NCBI GenBank assembly: GCA_041906785.1
Contig: JAYRIM010000014.1
Location: 3,215 to 67,214 of the forward strand
DNA from: Candidatus Levyibacteriota bacterium
GTDB taxonomy: Bacteria; Patescibacteriota; Microgenomatia; Levybacterales; UBA12049
Direction of reading: 5' to 3'
DNA length: 64,000 nt
Within the stretch, counting starts at the first letter, position 1, and each line of letters opens with the position of its first letter. The position numbers and the translations under genes were made by a program. Positions 57,511-64,000 of this stretch are shown here, one piece after another. The notes under the pieces were generated by a model. It was not told the DNA's origin and made no database searches. It worked only from the letters and a program-made list of their open reading frames with translations.

Positions 57511-57539
57511 ATTCTACTATAAGATGATAATGATGTCAA
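57511..57539 (-). promoter_or_regulatory. Sigma70 promoter
   Basis: TTGACA-17 nt-TAGAAT on the minus strand. Confidence 0.8.
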
Positions 57540-57596
57540 CAGTATACATAAAGAAGAGCTTGACAGACAAGTGAAGAATAGAACTATAATAAGTTA

Positions 57597-58376
57597 ATGT
57601 CAAAGATCATATTTTTCCTGTCTGCATTAATCTCTCTTCTTTTTGTTCCGATTAGTTATGCGTATGCACAAAAAGGTGTTGATGATCTTCCAGAAGTAGC
57701 AGGGGATTATGCAGTTGAAGGGAAAAAGGACCTTCGAGTTCGTGTATTTGTTCATCCTCATAAAGAAAAAGACGCGTTTAAAAGTTCACCTGTAACGTTG
57801 GCTGCTTGTACGCCTGATGTAGAATCAAGCGCAACAGTCGGTCTTGCTGGTTGGCATTTACCAAGTGGTGCAACAGCGTATAGAGTAAATTACTCTACAG
57901 TGCCATCGAGCGTTGGTACTCTTTCAGCGAAAACAGCAATAGCTAATGTATTTTCTACATGGGATAATGAAATTGTTGCTGTGTCTTTTACAGAAGGTTC
58001 GCAGACATCGGTAACTCGAGCGAAATTAGATGGACAAAATGCAGTTTTTTGGAACAGGCTTTCTTCATCCACTCTTGCAGTTACATATGTTTGGTATAAC
58101 ACAACCTCACAAGAAGCAGTAGAGATAGACATGGTGTATAACAAACGTCATCCCTGGAAATATACACCATACACGAATAGCGCTTGCGGTGATTTAAATT
58201 CATATGATGTTCAAAATATCGGTACGCATGAGGTAGGGCATTGGATGGGTTTGGATGATATGTATGGATCTTCAGATGTCGATGTGACTATGTATGGATA
58301 TGGTGAAAAAGGTGAGTTAAAGAAAGATACATTAACGACAGGTGATATAAACGCTGTGAAAGTGTTGTATCCTTGA
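57597..58376 (+). CDS. Exported matrixin-like (M10/metzincin) metalloprotease
   Basis: Signal peptide; HEVGHWMGLD and Met-turn DVTMY. Confidence 0.82.
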   Translation: MSKIIFFLSALISLLFVPISYAYAQKGVDDLPEVAGDYAVEGKKDLRVRVFVHPHKEKDAFKSSPVTLAACTPDVESSATVGLAGWHLPSGATAYRVNYSTVPSSVGTLSAKTAIANVFSTWDNEIVAVSFTEGSQTSVTRAKLDGQNAVFWNRLSSSTLAVTYVWYNTTSQEAVEIDMVYNKRHPWKYTPYTNSACGDLNSYDVQNIGTHEVGHWMGLDDMYGSSDVDVTMYGYGEKGELKKDTLTTGDINAVKVLYP

Positions 58377-58383
58377 ACTTATG

Positions 58384-59499
58384 CTATAACTCCTTAAAAT
58401 CCCTTGGGGTATCTGTTAACTGTTTAAGTGTATTATTTTCTATTACAAATAAGTCTTCAATTCTCACTCCTCCATAGTTTGGAATATAGATTCCCGGTTC
58501 TATAGAAAACACCATTCCTTCAGTTAGTATTTGTTTTGACACAGGTGAAAGAGTAGGGGCTTCATGAACTTGTAACCCAATACCATGACCTAGAGAATGG
58601 GGGATGGAGGGGTAGTCTTGGGAGAGAATATGATTTCTTGCGGCGGCATCTATATTTGATGCTATTATCTCCTTAGCTCCAGAGTTGTCGGTTATCAGTT
58701 GTCGGTTGTCAGCTAGATGCAAATGAATATAATCAATTGCTTTTTGTTGGGCTTCTCGAACAACATTATATATGCGTTTTTGTTCATCAGTTGCTTTGCC
58801 AAAAAATAGTGTTCTCGTCATATCTGAACAATAAGATTCAACTTTCACGCCAAAATCCAGTAACACCAGGTCGCTAGTCGCAAGTCGTTTGTCGCCTGTT
58901 TGGTGGTGGGGGATGGCGGCGTTTGATCCAAATGCCACAATTGGATCGAACGATAGTTCTGCTCCTTGTTCTAAAATAAAGATTTTCAGTTTTTTTGCTA
59001 ACTCTTTTTCAGTTATACCAGGTTTTATTTTTGTAAGAATGAAATTAAATCCCAAATCTCCAATACGACATGCTTCTGCTATTTTTTCAATTTCTTTATG
59101 TTCTTTCTGGATGCGAAGCGTGTGTAATTCTGCTGGTTTAGTATCAAGTACTATTTCTTGAATTTTCTTTAATTCATAAACAGTTATATCTTTTTCTTCT
59201 ATCCCTAATGTTTGTATATTGTTTTGTTCGCATAATTCAGTAAACACTTTCTGAAACTGATTTGTTGAAGATAGCTCGATAAGCTTTAAATGTCCTAAAG
59301 CATGTATTGCTGTTGTATATCGGCCGTCAGTGAGAACATATGCTTCTTTTGCTGTTATAACGAGATATGCTTCTCGTTCTTCAACAGAAAAGTTTGTATA
59401 TCCACTTAGATACGATATATTCGCAACAGAGGTGATAAGAAACGCATCAAGTTTCTGTTTGTCTAATAAGCGACGAACTTTTTCGATTCTATTATGCAT
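58384..59499 (-). CDS. Xaa-Pro aminopeptidase (M24B)
   Basis: TDGRY, DFG..YCSDMTRT, HSLGHGIGL.VHE, EPGIY..GGVRIED. Confidence 0.93.
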   Translation of the reverse strand: MHNRIEKVRRLLDKQKLDAFLITSVANISYLSGYTNFSVEEREAYLVITAKEAYVLTDGRYTTAIHALGHLKLIELSSTNQFQKVFTELCEQNNIQTLGIEEKDITVYELKKIQEIVLDTKPAELHTLRIQKEHKEIEKIAEACRIGDLGFNFILTKIKPGITEKELAKKLKIFILEQGAELSFDPIVAFGSNAAIPHHQTGDKRLATSDLVLLDFGVKVESYCSDMTRTLFFGKATDEQKRIYNVVREAQQKAIDYIHLHLADNRQLITDNSGAKEIIASNIDAAARNHILSQDYPSIPHSLGHGIGLQVHEAPTLSPVSKQILTEGMVFSIEPGIYIPNYGGVRIEDLFVIENNTLKQLTDTPRDFKEL

Positions 59500-59504
59500 G
59501 GCAG

Positions 59505-60320
59505 TTATCGTGGTGAAGGTTTTGGTGTAGAACTTTTTGGAGCAGAGTTATTTACTGGTGTAGAAGTGGGCTGAGTTTCCTGGAATTCTATTTTCGGGTT
59601 TCCTGGAAGTTCAGGAAAAATAATAAATCTGGAAGCTGTTATTCTATTCTTTTCCGTTTTACTGGAGAATCCTACGACATACACTCTACTTCCGGTTTCA
59701 ATACGAGAAAATCCTGATCGTTTAATATTGTCGTCCTCAGTATATGTAGATGTTTTTGTAACATTTTCGATGTCGATAGTGTACGATTTATCATTCTCAG
59801 ATAAAATCGTCACTGTAAAATTTGCCTTATCTACTGATTTAACAATACCTGTGATGAATACAGGTCCATTAGCGACGTCGATAAACCGTGCGAGAATCCT
59901 TTTCGATTGCTTATTATATAAGCCAATTGTACTGATTGTCATACCTTCTTTTATGTCAGAGATTCCGAATGATTTGGCTGTAGGGGATGAGAATTTTGTT
60001 AATTCGTCAACGTCTATTATGCGCACTTTCTGTCCTAGATCTTCTCCTGTGATTTTATTACCAGCAACTTCTTTAACGACTATAATAATTCCTCTTTTTT
60101 CTACTAACCGTAACTCTGCAACTTTTGAAGCGACTTTCTCTTTCAGATTATTTATTTGTTCTATTAGTTTTTCTTCTTTTTCCGCTTCTGTAGCCTTCGG
60201 TTCCGCAGTAGGCGTTGCAGCGTAGATGGGGCGTAGAGCTAAGAGCATAGAGCTTAGAGAAAATATAAGTAAGAAAGATAGCAATTTATGAATATTGATT
60301 TTTGATTTTTGATTTTTCAT
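59505..60320 (-). CDS. Exported protein with DUF5666-like repeats
   Basis: Signal/TM; two G.V......T.......SDI..G..V repeats; N-terminus encoded by (aaaaatc)n. Confidence 0.6.
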   Translation of the reverse strand: MKNQKSKINIHKLLSFLLIFSLSSMLLALRPIYAATPTAEPKATEAEKEEKLIEQINNLKEKVASKVAELRLVEKRGIIIVVKEVAGNKITGEDLGQKVRIIDVDELTKFSSPTAKSFGISDIKEGMTISTIGLYNKQSKRILARFIDVANGPVFITGIVKSVDKANFTVTILSENDKSYTIDIENVTKTSTYTEDDNIKRSGFSRIETGSRVYVVGFSSKTEKNRITASRFIIFPELPGNPKIEFQETQPTSTPVNNSAPKSSTPKPSPR

Positions 60321-60751
60321 TAGAATTCTTCAGTTGTGCTTGTTACTGTTCGTGTTTGTGTTTCTTCTTCGCCATTACTAAATATAGCAGTTACATGTAA
60401 GACATTTACGCCATCTTCCAGTGTATGCGTTAAAGTAAAATCTCCTTTTGTATTTGGAGTTACGACTTGATCTGATGATTGTGTAGAAATAATGACCAAT
60501 GTTCCTGGTGAAGTTTTTCCCGTAATCGTTATTAATCTTTTATCAAATACCTCTTCATCTTTAGGGTTTTCTACGATAAGGAAATTTGAGTCATTACTCA
60601 CAGATTTAGTTGGCTGAACAACTGTTGATTCCTTTTGTGTTTCAGGCTCGCTAATTGTTCTTGTCATTTGATAAATATAAAATGCGCCTCCGGCAACAAA
60701 AAGGCCAAGAATAATTGCTATAAATGACAAAATAATTTTTTCTTTACTCAT
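60320..60751 (-). CDS. Membrane-anchored Ig-like domain protein
   Basis: N-terminal TM; ITITGKT.P, GDF...L..GVN.L.VTA. Confidence 0.7.
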   Translation of the reverse strand: MSKEKIILSFIAIILGLFVAGGAFYIYQMTRTISEPETQKESTVVQPTKSVSNDSNFLIVENPKDEEVFDKRLITITGKTSPGTLVIISTQSSDQVVTPNTKGDFTLTHTLEDGVNVLHVTAIFSNGEEETQTRTVTSTTEEF

Positions 60752-60756
60752 GTGAA

Positions 60757-60862
60757 GATGCGAAAATCGCGAATACGCATTTCCTTATTGTGCAATTCGT
60801 GTATTTCGCAAAGATTTCGTGTTTTTAGTGATAAATTCCCTGCTCGCAAATATCGCGAAACA
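60757..60862. repeat. 9-nt-type periodic inverted-arm element
   Basis: tgcgaaaatcgcgaa..ttcgtgtatttcgca..ttcgtgtttttagtga..tcgcaaatatcgcgaa. Confidence 0.65.
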
Positions 60863-60941
60863 TAGCAGTAGAATGGAATTTATCGTAGCTGAATGATAAG
60901 GTATAATCATCCTATTGTCAAGAAATTAAGCATGTGTTAGG

Positions 60942-61469
60942 ATGTACGTTATGGAAATCTCCTTAGTATCTCCACATAGCATCAGAATAAAAAATAGACA
61001 AGGTTCTTTACTGATAAATCCTGGTGGTAAATCTATAGTAGCAAATGGTATTATCATCATGAAAAATGCTTCATTCGACTTGAAAAGCTTGGAGGAAGGA
61101 ACAGTTGTTATCCAAGGTGCTGGAGAATACGAATTTGCTGGAATAAAAATATCAGGTTTTAGAAATGGAGAGGACATTCTGTATAGTATCCGTACAGATA
61201 GAATAGAAATCCTTTTCGGTTCAATTAAAACATTGGAAAAAGATTATGCGAAATTGAAAGAACATCATATCGTTATCGCATTTGCTGATAGTGAGGCGGA
61301 TCCCTCATTTCTTACATCAGTCGCATCAAATGTGATTATATTTGTTGGTGAGAAAGCCGAAGGAACAATCAGTAAAATTGCTAAAGATGGATATAGAAAA
61401 GAATCTAAATACTCTATAACATTTGAAAAATTACCACAGGAGATAGAAGAGATACTACTAACTTCTTGA
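60942..61469 (+). CDS. Degenerate metallo-beta-lactamase-fold protein
   Basis: GAGEYEFAGI motif typical of Lactamase_B_3-like proteins; no HxHxDH. Confidence 0.55.
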   Translation: MYVMEISLVSPHSIRIKNRQGSLLINPGGKSIVANGIIIMKNASFDLKSLEEGTVVIQGAGEYEFAGIKISGFRNGEDILYSIRTDRIEILFGSIKTLEKDYAKLKEHHIVIAFADSEADPSFLTSVASNVIIFVGEKAEGTISKIAKDGYRKESKYSITFEKLPQEIEEILLTS

Positions 61470-61471
61470 TA

Positions 61472-61598
61472 TTCAGTTATCAGTTTTCGGTTATCAGTTA
61501 TCGGAATTTAGGTCACCAGTTATCAGGTTGCCAGTCTGATAAACAGAAAACCGTTCAACTAGTATCTGAAAACAGACAACTGAAGACTGATAACTGAA
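61472..61598. repeat. 7-nt periodic inverted-arm element filling the gap before dnaB
   Basis: ttcagttatcagttttcggtt pairs with aactgaagactgataactgaa; 2 nt from the TGA and 2 nt from the ATG. Confidence 0.9.
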
Positions 61599-61600
61599 CT

Positions 61601-62914
61601 ATGGCAACTCGAACCTTACCTCATAATGAAGAAGCAGAAAAAAGCGTTTTAGGTGCAGTTCTTATAGATAAAGATGCTATGATAACCGTTTCCGAGCTTC
61701 TTGTTCCTGAATGTTTTTATAATTCCACAAATGCAATTATTTATGAATGTATGTTAGTACTCTACGAGCAGAGGAAACCAATAGATTTATTAACAATAAC
61801 AGCAGAATTAAAGAAAAAAAAAGCGAATACAATAGACAGTGAATATTTTACAAGTCTTGTTGAAGCTGTACCGACAGCAGCAAATGTAGAACACTATGCA
61901 AGTATTGTCCGAGAAGCATACACAAAACGATCATTAATACGTGCAGGAACAGAAATCGCAGATTCAGCCTATGAAGATGGAAAAGATGTTAAAGAGGTAC
62001 TCGATAAAGCTGAATCAGCAGTTTTTTCTATTTCGCAACGTTTTATAACACGTGGTTTTATTCCGATAAAAGATACACTAACAGCAAGTTTCGATAAAAT
62101 TGACGAGCTTCATAGAAAAGGTGCAGGACTTCGTGGTATTAAAACTGGATTTGGAGACCTAGACACTGTTTTATCCGGGATGCAGAAATCAAATCTTATC
62201 ATATTGGCCGCACGCCCTGGGCAGGGAAAAACTGCAATTATGTTAAACATGGCTCAATACGTTGCAGTACATGAAAAAACTCCGATAGGCGTTTTTTCCC
62301 TCGAAATGAGTAAAGAAGAATTAGTAGATAGACTTTTAGTCGGACAGGCAGATGTCGATGCTTGGAGATTGAAAACCGGAAAATTATCAGAAGATGACTT
62401 TACTAAAATTTCAGAAGCGATGGGACAGTTAGCTGATGCGCCAATTTTTATTGATGATACTCCTGGATTATCTATCATGGAAATGCGTAGTAAAGCGAGA
62501 CGTTTACAGCTTGAACATAATATTGGATTAATTGTTGTTGATTATTTACAGCTTGTTGATCCTGGGAGACATTATGAGAGTAGAGTACAAGAAGTTTCTG
62601 CGGTTTCTCAATCATTGAAAAATTTAGCTCGTGAGCTAAATGTACCAGTTCTCGCCGCATCTCAGCTTTCTCGTGCAGTAGAACATAGAGGAGAAAGAAG
62701 ACCACAATTAGCAGATCTTCGTGAGTCAGGTGCAATAGAACAAGATGCAGATGTAGTGATGTTTCTCTACAGACCTGATGTAGAGGTGACAGGACCGACA
62801 ATACCAACCAAATTACTTGTTGCGAAACATCGTAACGGCCCAACTGATGAGATCGATTTGTTATTTAGGGGAGATAGAATAAAATTCTATAGTATAGATA
62901 AAAAGAGGGAATGA
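61601..62914 (+). CDS. dnaB: Replicative DNA helicase
   Basis: EAEKSVLG, AARPGQGKT, FSLEM, VDYLQL, SQLSR, DLRESGAIEQDAD, KHRNGP. Confidence 0.97.
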   Translation: MATRTLPHNEEAEKSVLGAVLIDKDAMITVSELLVPECFYNSTNAIIYECMLVLYEQRKPIDLLTITAELKKKKANTIDSEYFTSLVEAVPTAANVEHYASIVREAYTKRSLIRAGTEIADSAYEDGKDVKEVLDKAESAVFSISQRFITRGFIPIKDTLTASFDKIDELHRKGAGLRGIKTGFGDLDTVLSGMQKSNLIILAARPGQGKTAIMLNMAQYVAVHEKTPIGVFSLEMSKEELVDRLLVGQADVDAWRLKTGKLSEDDFTKISEAMGQLADAPIFIDDTPGLSIMEMRSKARRLQLEHNIGLIVVDYLQLVDPGRHYESRVQEVSAVSQSLKNLARELNVPVLAASQLSRAVEHRGERRPQLADLRESGAIEQDADVVMFLYRPDVEVTGPTIPTKLLVAKHRNGPTDEIDLLFRGDRIKFYSIDKKRE

Positions 62915-62917
62915 AAA

Positions 62918-64000
62918 CTAACGGTTAATTACTCGTTTCGTTGTGGGATGTATATGGACTAATAATTCATAAGGGATCACATCACATATTTTAGAAGCGT
63001 TGACTATAGAATTTTTATCATTTGATTGACTTGAAAATATAACGGCTTCATCTCCAATTTCTGCTTGTTTAATATCCGTAATATCAATAGTTGTTATATT
63101 CATGCTTACTTTTCCAATTATTCTGCAGTATATCCCGCGGACCTGGACATAGCCTTTATTTGATAACCTTCTATCAACGCCATCATTATATCCGATGGGG
63201 AGAACAGCGATAGTCATATCTTTAGTTGCAGTAAACGTAAAATCATATCCAATTTTTTCTCCTTTTTTTACTATTTTAATTTGAACTATTGTTGATCTGA
63301 GTTTAAGTACTGGTAAAAGATTTTTGTCTCTACCTTCAGGATCAATGCCGTACAAAGCAATACCTGCTCGCGCCACATTACTTAATGTTTGATACTCTTT
63401 ATTATATAAAATACCTAGCGAAGCGGGTAAATGAATGTATGTTGGGTTTACTCCTAATGTATGGAGTATCTTTTGGGCTTTAAGAAAATTTGTCACTTGC
63501 TCTTTGGTTTCTTTCTTACGTGGTTGATTTGCCATTCCAAAATGAGACATAAGACCTTCTATTTTTAGAGATAAAGATTGCGTCTTTTTTATAAATATAG
63601 GCAGTTCTTCAAGTGATACACCTTCCCTATGAAGGCCGGTATCAACGAAAATATGCACACCTGCATGAGGCTGATATTTTTTTATTCCTTCAAGCATCTC
63701 ATACTCGTATACAGCGAAAGAGAAGGGCAGCTTTTTAACACGAAGATTCTCAGGATTCACGTATCCCATTATCAGAATTGGTGTGCGAATATTTGCCTTT
63801 AACAGTTGATAGCCTTCATAAATACTATCCACACAGAAGAAAGGCGCCTGTAGATGATCAAGTATGTTTGCAATTAATGATATGCCATGTCCATATGCAT
63901 TGCTTTTTAAAACAGGAGCTATTTTTTTACCACTACTCATCTGTGTAAGGTATGAATAATTTTCTACGAGATTTTTTTCTGCAATTTCTACAGTATTTAA
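62918..64000 (-). CDS. alr: Alanine racemase (5' end outside the window)
   Basis: VLKSNAYGHG, DTGLHREG, RAGIALYG, GYNDG, GKVSMN; frame stays open to the window end. Confidence 0.94.
   Translation of the reverse strand, partial: LNTVEIAEKNLVENYSYLTQMSSGKKIAPVLKSNAYGHGISLIANILDHLQAPFFCVDSIYEGYQLLKANIRTPILIMGYVNPENLRVKKLPFSFAVYEYEMLEGIKKYQPHAGVHIFVDTGLHREGVSLEELPIFIKKTQSLSLKIEGLMSHFGMANQPRKKETKEQVTNFLKAQKILHTLGVNPTYIHLPASLGILYNKEYQTLSNVARAGIALYGIDPEGRDKNLLPVLKLRSTIVQIKIVKKGEKIGYDFTFTATKDMTIAVLPIGYNDGVDRRLSNKGYVQVRGIYCRIIGKVSMNITTIDITDIKQAEIGDEAVIFSSQSNDKNSIVNASKICDVIPYELLVHIHPTTKRVINR

Noticed and set aside
1-64000. tRNA/rRNA genes or an alternative genetic code
   Set aside because: No cloverleaf or rRNA-like segment was recognised; TGA ends conserved genes (rpsR, dnaB) at the expected positions.

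Overview
AT-rich bacterial chromosome segment using the standard code. It is most consistent with a CPR/Patescibacteria (Microgenomates-like) genome; this is an inference from the short RF1, the absence of rplI after rpsR, and many apparently leaderless genes. Housekeeping genes include htpX, ychF, rpsF-ssb-rpsR, an S41 protease, an HtrA-like protease, prfA, rpmE, hisS, dnaB and a partial alr. The window also holds two-component systems, redox/repair genes, an AbrB-Doc TA pair, Fic and GxxExxY genes, and many orphans. No rRNA, tRNA, CRISPR array or transposase was seen. The main novel signal lies at 17.6-23.7 kb, where four mostly GC-rich orphan ORFs share one architecture: structured leader, 5' arm, branch hairpin, strong SD, ORF, 3' arm complementary to the 5' arm, then a terminator-like hairpin. 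Each ORF is therefore the loop of a long-range RNA stem, although the cassettes share no primary sequence. A second signal is about 20 inverted-arm elements built from 7/8/9-nt periodic repeats, plus REP-like palindromes. These fill stop-to-start gaps, enclose a GxxExxY nuclease gene, and insert in frame into RpsF, YchF, a DnaQ-UvrC fusion and a PepP-like peptidase. Also seen: a split, membrane-anchored Cas4-like nuclease and a leader-peptide attenuator upstream of orphan-DUF917-hisS. All calls were made by eye; no database searches or folding programs were run.
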